Origin: Heterodontus francisci
Lineage: Eukaryota
DNA length: 64,000 nt
Direction: 5' to 3'
Assembly: GCF_036365525.1 (NCBI RefSeq)
Contig: NC_090404.1
Span: forward strand, 11,188,550 to 11,252,549
The notes under the pieces were generated by a model. It was given only the letters and a program-made list of their open reading frames with translations. It was not told the origin of the DNA and did no database searches. Positions 11,925 through 25,244 of the stretch are shown one piece after another. Each line of letters opens with the position of its first letter. The stretch's first letter is position 1. A program made the translations under genes and the position numbers.

Positions 11925-14900
11925 GTAGAGACATGGCCTAGTGCAGTGATAATCCGACAGGGTCTAGTTTAATATAAACAAAGAGAGGGCCTCGTGCAGT
12001 AAGAACAGTGATAGGGTGTAGTGTAATAGAAACAGAGACACGACGAAGTCCACTGATAACTGAGATAGGGTCTAGTGTAATATAAACAGAGACAGGGCTG
12101 TGCATAATATAAACAGAGAGAGGGCCTAATAGTATGAACAGAGGTCGGGTCCAGTCTAAAAAAAAGACACGATGAAGTCCAGTGTTAACTGAGACAGGGT
12201 CTGGTGTAATATAAGCACAGACAAGGTCTCGTGGAATCCAATCAGAGACAGGGCCTAGTACAGTAAGAACAGAGACAGGGCCTGGTGTAATATAAACTGA
12301 GACAGGGCCTCGTGTAATATAAATTGAGACACTGCGAAGTCCAGTGATAACTGAGACAGGGTCTAGTTTAATATAAACAGAGACAGGGCCTAGTGTAATA
12401 TAAGGAGAGATAGGGACTTGCACAATATTGACCCTGACTGGATCTAGTTTAATATACACAGAGACAGGGTCCAGTGAAATATAAACAGAGACGTGGTCCA
12501 GTCTAAGATAAACAGAGACAATGTCACGTGTAATATAAACAGAGTCAGGGTACAGTGTAATATAAACAGAGAGAGCTCTAGTATAATATAAATAGATGGG
12601 GTGTAGCGTAATATAAAAAGAGACAGGGTCTTGCTTAATATTAACAGAGACTAGGCCCAGTTTCATATACACAGATAGAGCTTCCAGTGTAATAGAAACA
12701 GAGACAGGATCTAGCGTAATACAATCCGACATTGGGTGTAGTGTAATATAAACAGAGACAGGGTGTAGTCTAATAGAAACAGAGACACCATCTAGTATAA
12801 GATAGACTATAGCAGGCTCTAGCTTAATATAGACTGAGACGTGGTCTAGTGTAATATAAACACAGAGCGATCAAGAGTGATATAAACAGATGGAGTGTCG
12901 TGTAATATAAACAGATACAGTGTCGATATTAATATAAACGGAGACAGTGCCGAGCGCAATCTAAACAGAGATGTGGTCTCGGTTAATATAAACAGAGACA
13001 GGGTCTATTGTAATAGAAACAGAGATTGGGTCTAGAGCAGTAAGAACAGAGATAGGTTGTAGTGTAATATAAACAGAGACACGGTGAAGTTCAATGATAA
13101 CTGAGACAGGGTTGAGTGTAATACAAGCTGAGACAAGGCATAGTGTAATATAAAATGAGACAGGGCACACTCCAGTAATAACTGGGATAGGATCTAGTGT
13201 AATATACTCAGAGACATGGCCTCCTGTAATATAAACAGAGACAGGGTCTAGTGTAATTTAAACAGAGACAGGGTCTGGTGTAATTTAAACAGAGACTGGG
13301 TCTAGTGTAATATAAACAGAGGCAGGGCCTAGTGCAGTAAGAACAAAGACAGGGTTTCATGTAATATAAACAAAGGCAGGGTCTAGTACAATATTAACGT
13401 AGAGAGAGGTCTTAGTTTAATATAAAGAGACGTGTTTCAGTGGAGTAATAACAGGGACCTGCATTAGTATAATATGAGCAGGGAAAGAGCATAATGCAAT
13501 ATAAATAGAGCAAGAGCCTATATAAACAGAGAAAGAACCTAGTATAATATAGCATAAAAGAGTTTTAGTGTATAATAAACAGCACGGGTCTCGTGTAATA
13601 TAATCAGAGACACGGCTAAGCCCAATGATAACTGAGACAGGGTGTAGTGTAATATAATCAGAGACATTGACTAGTCCAGCATTAAATGAGACTGGATTTA
13701 ATGTAGTATAAACAGACACAGGGTTTGCTGCAGAAATAACAGAGACTTTGCCAAATTTAATATGAACAAAGAGATAGTCCTGTGCAGTAACAGCTGAGAC
13801 AGGGTCTCGTGCAGTAATAACTGAGAGATGGACGGGTGCAATACGATCGGAGACAGAGTCTGTTGTAATATAAAAAGGAATACAGGGCCTAGTGCACCAA
13901 TTATTGATACAGGAACTATAGTAATATAAATCAACACTGGGTCTAGTTCAGTAATTACTGAGACAGGGCCTAGTGCAGTAAAAACTGAGAATGGGTTTCG
14001 TGTAGTATTAACAGACATGGTCTAGTCTAATTTAAACAGATGCATGTTTCATTGTAATATGAAATGAGTACAATAATAATTGAGACAGAATCTTGTGTAA
14101 TGTGAACAGGTACATGGTATAGTAGTATCATAAGTGAAACAGGGCCTAGTAGAAGAAACACTGAGACGAGGCCCAGTGCAGTTTTACCTGATCGAGGACA
14201 TTGTGTATAATAAACTGAGACAGACCCTCGTGCATTAATTATTGATACAGGACTTCGGTTTCGATGATCTGAGACATGGACAAGTGCAGCAATAATTGAG
14301 ACAGGATTCCGTGTAGTAGTAACATTTAACAGAGAGATGGTTAAGTACAGTAATAACGGAAACAAGGCTTTGTGTGATAGAAACAGAAAGGTGGTCTAGT
14401 GCAGTAATACCTGAGACAGGACATTGTGTATTACAAGCAGAAATATTGTCCAGTATATTACCACCTGAGATTGGGCCAATGTAGAAATACCTGAGGCATA
14501 GACTGCTTTTATATGATCAGAGATAACGTTTGTTGGAATGCAAATAGGAAAATTACCGAGTGTAATATCAACAGAGACACCATCTAAAGATTAAAGCAGG
14601 CTCTAGCTTAATATAAACTGAGGCATGGTCTCGTGTAATATAAACAGATACAGGTCTAGTGTAATATAAACAGAGTCAGGGCCTAGTTTAATGCAAACAG
14701 ACAGGGCCCAGTGTAATATAAGCAGAGACAGCGTCTACTGTAATATAAACAAAGGCAGGGTCTAGTGTAATATAAACAGATACAGGGTCTAGTGTAATAT
14801 AAACAGAGACAGGGTCTAGTGTAATATAATCAGAGTTGGGGTCTAGTGTAACACAAACAGAGACAGTGTGTAGTGTAATATAAACGGAGACAGTGTTTAG

Positions 14901-17900
14901 TGTAATATAAAGAGAGAAAGGGCATACTGTTATATAAGCAGAGACAACGTCTGCATTAATATAAACCAAGGCGGGGTCCACTGTACTATTAACAGAGACA
15001 GGGTAAACAGTAATGTAAACAGAGACAGGGTATAGTGTAATATAAACAGATACAGGGTCTAGTGTAATATAAACAGAGACAGGGTCGAGTGTAATATAAT
15101 CAGAGATGGGGTCTAGTGTAACATAACAGAGACAGGGTGTGGTGTAATATAAACAGAGACTGTGCCTCGTGTAATATAAAGAGAGAAAGGGTGTTCTGTT
15201 ATGTAAACAGACCCAGCGTCTACATTAATATAAAGTGAGGGGTGGTCCACTGTAATGTTAACAGAGACAGGATCTACAGTAATGTAAACAGAGACAGGGT
15301 CTAGGGTAATATAAACAGAGACTGGGCCTAGTGCAATTTAAACAGAGACAGGCCTAGAGATAGATAAACAGAGATATCATCTAGTGTAATATAAACAGTG
15401 AGAGGATCTAGTGTAATATAAACAGGGACAGTGTCTAGTTTAATGCAAACAGACTGGGTCCAGTGTAATATAAACAGAGCCAGCATCTAGTCTAATATAA
15501 ACAGAGACAGGGCCTAGTGCAATATAAACAGTGACATGATCAAGTGTAATATAAACAGCGACAGGACCTGATGTAATATTAACAGAGACAGGGTCGAGTG
15601 CAGAGTCATACAGTCATAGAGTTATACAGCACAGAAACAGGCCCTTTGGCCCACCCTGTTCGTGACGACCATCAAGCCTATCTATTCTAATCCCATATTC
15701 AAGCACTTGGTCCGTAACCTTGTATGCTGTGGCATTTCAAGTGCTCATCTAAATACTTCTTAAATGTTGTGAGGGTTTCTGCCTCTACCACCACTTCAGG
15801 CAGTGTGTTCCAGCTTCCAACCACGCTCTGAATGAAAATGTCTTTCCTGAAATCCCCTCTAAACCCCTTGCTCCTTACCTTAAATCTATGCCCCTGGTTA
15901 GTAACACCTCCGCTAAGGGGAAAAGTTTCTTCCTATCTACCCTATCTATGCTCCTTATAATTTTGTATATCTCAGTCAGATCCCCCTCAGCCTTCTCTGC
16001 TCTAAGGAAAACAACCCTAGACGATCCAATCTCTCTTCATAGCGGAAATGCTCCAGCCCAGGCAACATCCTGGTGAATCTCCTCTGCACCCTCTCCAGTG
16101 CAATCACATCCAGTGTGGCGACCAGAACTGTACACAGTACTGCAATTGTGGCCTAACTGGCGCTTAATACAGCTCCATCATAACCTCCCTGCTGTTATAG
16201 TCTATGCTTGGCTAATAAAGGCAAGTATCCCATATGCCTTCCTAACCACCTTATCTACCTGTGCTGCTGCCTTCACTGATTTATGGACAAGTACACCAAG
16301 GTTCCTCTGACCCTCTTTATTTCCTAGGCTCCTACTATCCATTGTATATTCCCTTGCCTTGTTAATACTCCCAAAATGCATCACCTAACACTTCTCAGGA
16401 TTAAATTCCATTTGCCACTGCTCTGCCCACCTTACCAGCCCATCTATATCGTCCTGTAATCTAAGGCTTTCCTCCTCACTATTTACGACACTGCCAATTT
16501 CCATGTCATCTGCGAACTTACTGATCATACCTCTTATATTCACGTTTAAATCATTAATGTACACTACAAACAGCAAGGTTCCCAGCACCGATCCCTGCAG
16601 TACACCACTGGTCACAGGCTTCCAATCGCAAAAGCAACCCTCGACTATCACTCTTTGCCTCCTGCCACTAAGCCAATTTTGGATCCAAATTACCCTGGAT
16701 CTCACGGGCTCTTACCTTCTTGACCAATCTCCCATGTGGAACCTTATCAAAATCCTTACTGAAGTCCATGTAGACTACATCAACTGCTTTATCCTCATCT
16801 ACACACCAAGTCACCTCCTAGAAAAATGCTATCAAATTTGTTACACATGATTTCCCCTGATAATATAAACAGAGACAGGGTCTACAGTACTATAAACAGA
16901 GGCGGGATCCAGAGTAATATTAACTGAGACTGGGTCTATAGTAATGCAATAGGAGACAGAGTCTAGTGTAATATGAACAGAGACGGGGCCTAGTTCAATA
17001 TAAACAGAGACAGGGTCCAGTGTAATACAAACAGAGACAGCGTCTAGTGTAATATAAACGGGGACAGAGTCTAGTGTAATGTGAACAGAGACAGGGTCTA
17101 GTGTAATGTAAACAGACACGGGGTCAAGTGTAACATAAACAGAGACAGAGTATAGTGTAATATAAACAGAGACTGGTCCAGTGTAGGATAAACAGAGACA
17201 GGATCTAGTGTAATATAATCAGTGATGGAGTGTACTGTAACATAAACAGACACAGGGCGTAGTGTAATATAAACAGTGCCAGGGTACCGTGCAATATCAG
17301 CAGAGATTGGGTCTTGTGTAATGTAAATAGAGACGGGGTACAGTCTAACATAAACAGAGACAGGGCCTAATTTAATGCAAACAGAGACACGGTCCTGTGT
17401 AGTATAAACAGAGACAGGATCTAGTGTAATATAATTAGAGATGGGTTCTAGTGTATCTCAGACAGAGACAGGACGTCGTGTAATATAAACAGACACTGGG
17501 GCTACTGTAATATAAACAGAGACAGGGTCTACTGCAATATATACAGAGAAAGGGCCTACAGTTATATAAACGAAGGCAGGGTGTACATTAATATAAACAG
17601 AGGAGGGGGTCCACTGTAATATGAACAGACACAGGGTCTACAGTAATGTAAAGAGAGACAGGGTCTAGTGTAATATAAACAGAGATAGGGCCTACAGCAA
17701 TATAAACAGAGACGGAACCTGGAGGATTATAAACAAAGGCACGGCGAAATCCAGTGATAACTGAGACAGGGTCTAGTGTAATACAAACAGAGACAGGGTC
17801 TGCAGTAATATAAACAGAGACATGATCTGGTGTAATATAATCAGAGATGGGGCCTAGTGTAACATAAACAGAGGTAGGGTGTAGTGTAGTACAATAGAGA

Positions 17901-19410
17901 CAGGGCCTAGCATAATATAAACGGAGAAAGAACCTACTGTAATATGAACAGACAGGGTCTACATTAATATAAACAGAGGCGGAGTCCAGTGCAATATTAA
18001 CTGAGACAGGGTCTAGTGTAATATGAACAGACACAGGGTCTACAGTAATGTAAAGAGAGACAGGGTCTAGTGTAATATAAACAGAGATAGGGCCTACAGC
18101 AATATAAACAGAGATGGAACCTGGAGGATTGTGTAATATAAACACGAACAGGGTATAGCGCCATGTAAATGGAGACACGTTCCAGTGTAATATAAACAGA
18201 GAGAGTGATTCTAATGTAATATAAACACAATATTAATGAAGAGGGAGGGCTTCATTTGATACGAACAGACATGTTCCAGTGGAGTAATAAGAGGGACATG
18301 GTCCAGTCTCATATAAACGAAGACATTGACTATTCCAGCATTATTTGAGACTGGGTTTAGTGTAGTACAAACAGACACAGGGTTTGGTGCAGCAGTAACA
18401 GAGACTTTGCCGAATTTAATATAAACACAGTCATAGTCCTGTGTAGTAACAGCTGAGACAGGGTCTGAGAGAGGGACAGGCTCTGTTGTAATATAAACAG
18501 GGACAGGGTCTTTGTGCAGGAATACTGAGACAGGGCCTAATGCAACAATTATTGATATTTACCTATAGTAATATAAACCAACATTGGTCTAGTTCAGTAA
18601 TTGCTGAGACAGGGCCCAGTGCAGTAAAAACTGAGATTGGGTCTTGTGTCATATTAACAGACATGGCCTAGTCTAATTTAACAGGTACATGTTCCAGTGT
18701 AATATAAAATGAGACAAGTACAATAATACTTGAGGCAGAGTCTCGTGTAATGTGAACAGGGACATGGTATAGTGTAGTCATAAGTGAAACAGGCTTAGTA
18801 GAAGAAACACTGAGACAAGGTCCAGTGCAGTTTTAACTGATAGAGGACAATGTGCAATATAAACTGAGACAGACCCTCGTGCAGTAATTACTGATACAGG
18901 ACCTCGATTTCTATGAGCTGAGACATGGACAAGTGCAGCAATAAGTGAGACAGGATTCCGTGTAATAGTTAGATTTAACAGAGAGGTGGTTCAGTATAGT
19001 AATAACAGAGACAGAGCATTCTGTGATAGAAACAGAAAGGTGGTCTAGTGCAGCAATAACCTAGACAGGGCATTATGTAGTACAAGCAGAAACATGGTCC
19101 AGTATATTACCACCTGTGATTGGGCCAATCTAGAAATACCTGTGGCATGGATTGCTTTTATATCATCACAGACAATGTTTGTTGTAATACAAATAGGAAA
19201 ATGACCGAGTGTAATATAAACAGAGACACCATCTTGTGTAATCTAGACTCACGCAAGCTCTAGTTTAATATAAACTGAGACTGGGTCCAGTGTAGTATAA
19301 ACTGAGACAGTTTATACTGTCTAGTGTAATATAAACAGAGACAGCGCCTTGTGTGATATAGAGAGAGACAGAGTCTGGAGCAGAAATAACTGAGGCAGTG
19401 CCTGTTTCAT
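11925..19410 (-). repeat. Large 27-bp minisatellite A array in inverted orientation, with a ~1-kb higher-order duplication (13660-14625 ~ 18320-19290), split by a CR1
   Basis: Units TAATATAAACAGAGACAGGGTCTAGTG on +; diagnostic variant units are shared between the two blocks. Confidence 0.92.
15602..16860 (-). mobile_element. CR1 LINE 3' portion inserted in the satellite
   Basis: RT peptides WIQNWL..RRQRV, GVLQGSVLG, KFADD; the satellite unit resumes in register across it. Confidence 0.9.
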
Positions 19411-20479
19411 GTAATGCAAACAATCGGGCTTTCACTGACACCTGGTGGTTGTGTTTCACCATTGGTCCCAATGTGAAAAAGTCGAAGCCAGTTACTGTTT
19501 TTGATATTAATACATCAATAAACAACTTGCATTGAGATACCAGCTCATCATCTTCTCTAGGGTGTCCCAAAGTTTGAGGTGCAATTAATTCCAGATGAAC
19601 GTGGCCGCTCTGTGCACAGAAACATCAGGAATAGAGCAAAGTGGTTGAACTCCTGTTAATATATTTTTTGTTGATCTTGGTGGAAGAGGTTCCGGCACTT
19701 GTGGCAGAACCTGCCTCTCAAGGATTGGCCTTCACAGCCATCAGCAAAGATGCACCAAGAGAAGTAACGCCGCCTAAATGGATGGTTTGCTGCGTTTCGA
19801 TCATCTTTCGTAGATGGAAGGATATCAAACCATGGTTGAAGGGAGGAATGTTGACTAGAACACAGTCTACATCAACAGACAAGGGGAAGGGGAAGGGGAG
19901 AGATTATTGGCTCAAGATATCACCTGAAAGACAGTGGGGGTAATTTTCCCCGATACATTAAGTGCTAAGGAGCCTCCAATGGAGCCAAGGTGGGATCTTA
20001 GGCTGAAGCATTTGTTTAGCCTGTGCTGAGCGGAAGATGTCATATTGGTAAAGACGTTAATGCTTGTGCTAAGATCGGTCGCCCACAGGATCATTCAGCA
20101 GCTGATTGTCACTGAACGCACCTGTTAACGCTCATTAAAGAGGCTGCGCTCCATTTTTGGTAACTAGAGCTTGATAAACCCTCTCTCTTAACAGCAACCA
20201 GCTTATTGGGGGTAAACAAAATATTGCAGAGGTTTTCTGCGCTACTTAAAGGTGCATCACATTTTACTGTCCATTGGTTGCTGGAGGTTTGAAGAGAATT
20301 TTTGAAAACCATCCGGGACACATTTCTGACTTCGTCAACACCCTATCAACAGTTATTCTTCGAAATTCTCTGAAGGCCTCACCCAAAAAGAATGCTTGGC
20401 CATTGGCATCTTGCTGGTTGGACGAATTGGGGGAGGACATGAAGCCAGGGAAAGCAGCACCAACTGCTGCAGGATCGTG

Positions 20480-20600
20480 AGGCAGGAGGATGAGTTGGTG
20501 TCCTTCCCCACTGCGGGTACAGGACATCCTTGCTCCACTGCATGTCCTCCACCAGGACCTGCAGTGCTGTGTTTGAGAATATGTGCACCCACTCAAATGG
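20480..20600 (-). mobile_element. Possible decayed Harbinger Myb/SANT-like ORF remnant
   Basis: Peptide FSNTALQVLVEDMQWSKDVLYPQWG resembles the first helix of Harbinger Myb/SANT proteins as I recall them; no transposase seen. Confidence 0.35.
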
Positions 20601-20917
20601 TTCCTGACCCATCCTGAAACATGTCACTGTGTGTCAGCCAGGTTACCCCACAGTGATAATAGATGTGGGTACATGGATCCCACATATACTGCGTCAAGAA
20701 AATTGCAGTAAATCAGCACTTGAGTGCTAAACCTGTCGGTCTCTGGTTTAACGACTCGAGGCAATTTCAGTTATGGTAATCAGCAATTAGATCAAAATTG
20801 GATGCTAAATCCAGACATTCAAACGGGGATGTTTCATTAGCACTGTGGCCATTTAGCCCCTGTATTCACCAAAGTGTTTATTATATATGCATTTGTGTAT
20901 GAATACGAAACACATCA

Positions 20918-21559
20918 GTGTCCTCAGTACCTTGCTCTATGGCAGCGAGGCCTGGACAATGTATGTCAGCCAAGAGCGATGTCTCAATTCATTCCATCTT
21001 CGCTGCCTCCGGAGAATACTTGGCATCAAGTGGCAGGACCGTATCTCCAACACAGAAGTCCTCGAGGCGGCCAACATCCCCAGCTTGTACACACTACTGA
21101 GTCAGCGGCGCTTGAGATGGCTTGGCCATGTGAGCCGCATGGAAGATGGCAGGACCCCCAAAGACACATTGTACAGCGAGCTCGCCACTGGTATCAGATC
21201 CACCGGCTGTCCATGTCTCCGCTTTAAAGACGTCTGCAAACGCGACATAAAATCCTGTGACATTGATCACAAGTCGTGGGAGTCAGTTGCCAGCATTCGC
21301 CAGAGCTGGCGGGCAGCCATAAAGACGGGGCTAAAATGTGGCGAGTCGAAGAGACTTAGTAGTTGGCAGGAAAAAAGACAGAGGTGCAAGGGGAGAGCCA
21401 ACTGTGCAACAGCCCCGACAAACAAATTTATCTGCAGCATCTGTGGAAGAGCCTGTCACTCTAGAATTGGCCTTTATAGCCACTCCAGGCGCTGCTTCAC
21501 AAACCACTGACCACCTCCAGGCGCGTATCCATTGTCTCTCGAGATAAGGAGGCCAAAGA
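20918..21559 (+). mobile_element. RTE LINE, 5'-truncated, with 13-bp target-site duplication
   Basis: LLYGSEAW...RRLRWLGHV ORF; TSD ACGAAACACATCA at 20905-20917 and 21560-21572. Confidence 0.9.
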
Positions 21560-22109
21560 ACGAAACACATCACATTGTTTGCAGTTCCACAAATATAAAT
21601 AATTACCGTCAACAATTTTTTTCGCATTTTTCTAATTCAAAATGTAATTGCAGATCGAGGGTAATGAGCAGCTTCACACCAGTCCCTGTGCTTTATAGTT
21701 AAGTGATCATCTCACCATAACACAGAAGCTGTTGATATATACCTCACGTGTGTAATGATTTATGCAAGTAATGGTAAAAATGAAACTACCTGTACCCCAT
21801 GTGAAGTTCATCAATCTGTAAATGACCGATTTATTACTTTCCTCGTTTGCACAGAAATGAAACAATTTCTGCTTTCCAGTGAGTTCTGCACAATTTGTGT
21901 TTCCATCGACTTCATTTTTCGCCTGTTACCTTCACTATTTCCTCCCGACATCTTCCAATATTTTTATGGTTAGTTCATGAATAACTGAGACACAAACTAA
22001 CATATTTTAAGAAGTGACATGATTTAGTGGCATAAATAGAGATAAGGCTTAGTGCTGCAATAACTGAGACAAAGCCTAGCCTAATATAAAAAGCGACATG
22101 GTCTAGTGT

Positions 22110-22350
22110 AACAAAAACAAGAAATGCTGGATTCACTCAGCAGGTCTGGCAGCATCTGTGGAAAGAGAAGCAGAGTTAACGTTTCGGGTCAGTGACCCTT
22201 CTTCGGAACAGTTCCGAGGAAGGGTCACTGACCCGAAACGTTAACTCTGCTTCTCTTTCCACAGATGCTGCCAGACCTGCTGAGTGAATCCAGCATTTCT
22301 TGTTTTTGTTTCAGATTTCCAGCATCCGCAGTATTTTGCTTTTATTTTAG
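22110..22350. mobile_element. Penelope-like pseudo-LTR insertion forming a near-perfect palindrome (arms 22110-22209 / 22211-22310)
   Basis: 100-bp arms, one mismatch, 1-nt spacer; same sequence as the 3' end of the GIY-YIG element at 52500-52600; TGGTCTAGTGTAA duplicated at 22099 and 22351. Confidence 0.85.
22210..22246 (+). ncRNA. Putative minimal hammerhead ribozyme (mirror copy on the minus strand at 22174-22210)
   Basis: AGTT-CCGAGGA-A-GGGTC(ACT)GACCC-GAAACGTT-AACT: C(U>C)GANGA core, stem II, GAAA, palindromic ACGT helix III, stem I AGTT/AACT. Confidence 0.5.
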
Positions 22351-23029
22351 TGGTCTAGTGTAATATCAGTGGGACACGATTTCGTATAATATAAGTGGGA
22401 CTAGTGAAGTAATAACTGAGCAAGGTCTAATGTATTATAAACAGGCAAATGGCCTCCTGCACGTGGTCTATTTGAGTAAGCTAAGACAGGGCCTAGTGTA
22501 ATGGAAACGGAGATATAGTCCAATACAGTTATAACTGCAACAGGGCCTAGTGCAATCTGAGAAGAAGTGTGTTCTAGTGCGATAATAACCTAAAATGTGT
22601 TGTGTGAAATATAAACAACGAGATAGTCTAATCCAGTGTGAACTGAGCAAATGTCTAGAGTAATATAAACAGAGACAGGGTCTATTGCAGTAATAAAGCA
22701 GGCAGGGTCTAGTGTAACATAAACAGAGACAGACTACTGTGAAATATCAGCAGAGACTTGATTTAGTCGAGTAACAACTGAAGCAAAATCTAGTGAAATG
22801 GAAATAGAGACATGGTTTCATAACTGAGGGAGGAGAAGGTGTAATATAAACGGAGAGAAAGAGAGCTGGTCGAGTGCATTAATAACTGAGACAGAATCTT
22901 GAATAATATACGAGGAGGCACATTCTTCTGCATTTAAAACTGAGACATAGCCAGAGTGACGTCAACAGAAATAGGGTCGATTGCAATGTAAAGTGTACTA
23001 CAGGACCACGTATATGTTTATATTACACA

Positions 23030-23435
23030 AGAACATTAGAAATGGGAGCAGGAGTAGGCCATTCAGCTCTTCGAGTCCGCTCGCCATTCAATGAGATCAT
23101 GGATGATCTTCTACATCAACACCAAAATCCTGCACGATCCCCATATCCCTTGATGTTTTAAAAATGTGGAAATCTATTTATCTCAGTCTTGAACATATTC
23201 AACGACTGAGCCTCCACAGCCCTCTGGGGTAGAGAATTCCTAAGATTTACTACGCTCTGAGTGAAGAAAGTCCTCCTCATCTCAGTCCTAAATGGTCTGC
23301 CCCTTATTCTGAGACTGTGTCCCCTGGTTCTCGACTCCCCGGTCAGGAGAAACATGCTTCCTGCATCATCTTTGTCGAGCCCTGTAAGAATTTTGCATAC
23401 TTAAATTAGATCACCTCTCATTCTTCTAAACTCCC
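23030..23435 (-). mobile_element. CR1 LINE 3' end (partly duplicated in inverted form at 24270-24503)
   Basis: SRTRGHSLRIRGRPFRTEMRR.FFTQ peptide in both copies. Confidence 0.85.
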
Positions 23436-25244
23436 GTTAAGAAAGGTCCAGTCTATTTCGTTAGGCCTTGTCTCAGTTCTCGTTGCACTAGGCTATAGAC
23501 TACTCGAGTAGAAAAATAATTATTATGCTAATCTTTTACAAAACAACAGTAGGCCTCAGCAGGGTAACATAACAATCTCCCAGAGATGAATTGTAACTGA
23601 AAGACAGGACCAAATGTGAGCAATAATGCATTTCAGTTTTCACTACGTTGTGACAAACTGTTATGTTAACGTTTATCAATTCACACTTGTGTTGTACTGT
23701 GATAATTGCTCACAGCTTCTTTTTGTTGCTAAGGGATGTTTTTCCTGCAGGATTTTCTATCTTCCTATCCTTCCTGCCTGGTGCAACAATCTCTGTACCT
23801 TTAAAGGATGTACATTCTTAAGATAACAGTACCAGGAGTCATTCAAAACGTATAGCACTCACATTTATAGCCCTTTCATAATTGGCTCAAAAGGATTTTA
23901 GTGTATGTCCCTTGGCCACCATATCTCTACACTGTTCCCCCCAATTCAACCTTTCATCAGTAAACTGAAATTGAATTGAATTGAATATCATGTTAGATCA
24001 TAACTGTTTAATTACATTAGACCATGGCTTCGTTTATATTATACCAGGCCGTATCTTGGTTAATTTTACAGCACCAGATCATTTCATTGTTAGATTAATA
24101 TGAATATAAATGAAAATATATGTCTGTGTGTGGTTACGTTAACGTTAACATAAGTTTGTCACAATGTAGTGAAAAATGAAATGGATTATTGCTCACCTTT
24201 GGTCCTGTCTTTCAGTTCCAATGAGGACTGAGACAAGGCCTAACGAAATAGACTGGGCATTTCTTAACGGGAGTTTAGAAGAATGAAAGGTGATCTAATT
24301 TAAACATACAAAATTCCTACAGGGCTCGACAAGGTTGATGCAGGAAGCATGTTTCCTCTGACCAGGGAGTCGAGAACCAGGGGACACAGTCTCAGAATAA
24401 GGGGCAGACCATTTAGGACTGAGATGAGGAGGACTTTCTTCACTCAGAGCGTAGTAAATCTTAGGACTTCTCTGCCCCAGAGGGCTTTGGAGGCTCAGTC
24501 GTTTAATCTTGTTAAAAGCTATCAGCAGCTGTGTGCAATTTCTAATTGCTCTGGTATTATATGGGTAATATTTGTGTTGAAATGATGGGGTGAATCTTAT
24601 AACAATCTCCGAGAGAAGAATGTGTCAGATAGAATCTGGAACCGTGACGACACAGCACAGCGGTATGGGCTGCTTCAGGGTCCTAAAATCCGCCCAATGC
24701 CATAGCTCTCAGCTGCTGGATCGGAGCAACCTAAAACTAACCGAACACACAGACACACACACAAGTGTATATGTATGCGTATGTGTGTATGTATATAAAT
24801 ATATTATATATATATATATTATAGATAGATAGGTGTGTGTGTGCATATATATAAAATGTTTGTGTGTATGTGTGTTTGTCTAGAAAGCACATCATTATTA
24901 ATATTTGCAAGTGATTCGATATATGTAGATGATTATCTTCACAAATTATGTTTTAGCATTGTATTTCCTTCTACTCAAAACGTATTTGGAGATCATTGAT
25001 ACATTTGAACAAGCCTCTAAATTTATTACACACGACTATTTCGCTATTCATATTACACTATATCACCCTCGACATCGTCTCAATTATTACTGCACTCGAC
25101 TACGGCTTTGTTTCTATTACACTCGGTACTGTATCATTTATTATTGCATTGCACAATGTTTCAATTTATATTGCACTACATCCTGCCTCAGTTATTACTA
25201 AACCGTGCCATTCATCTGTCCTCGTCTCAGTTCTCATTACACTA

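Larger units (their letters stand above)
21985..23020 (-). repeat. Degenerate 27-bp minisatellite A (inverted)
   Basis: AACAGAGACAGGGTCTAGTG-type units. Confidence 0.75.

Noticed and set aside
11938-18230. Long hydrophobic ORFs with LDPVSVYIT repeats (e.g. 264 aa, 196 aa)
   Set aside because: Translation by-products of the 27-bp (3n) satellite; no splice or gene structure
11925-19410. Satellite as a CRISPR array or a canonical Ig switch region
   Set aside because: Eukaryotic tandem repeat without unique spacers; units are not AGCT- or G-cluster-rich like tetrapod switch regions
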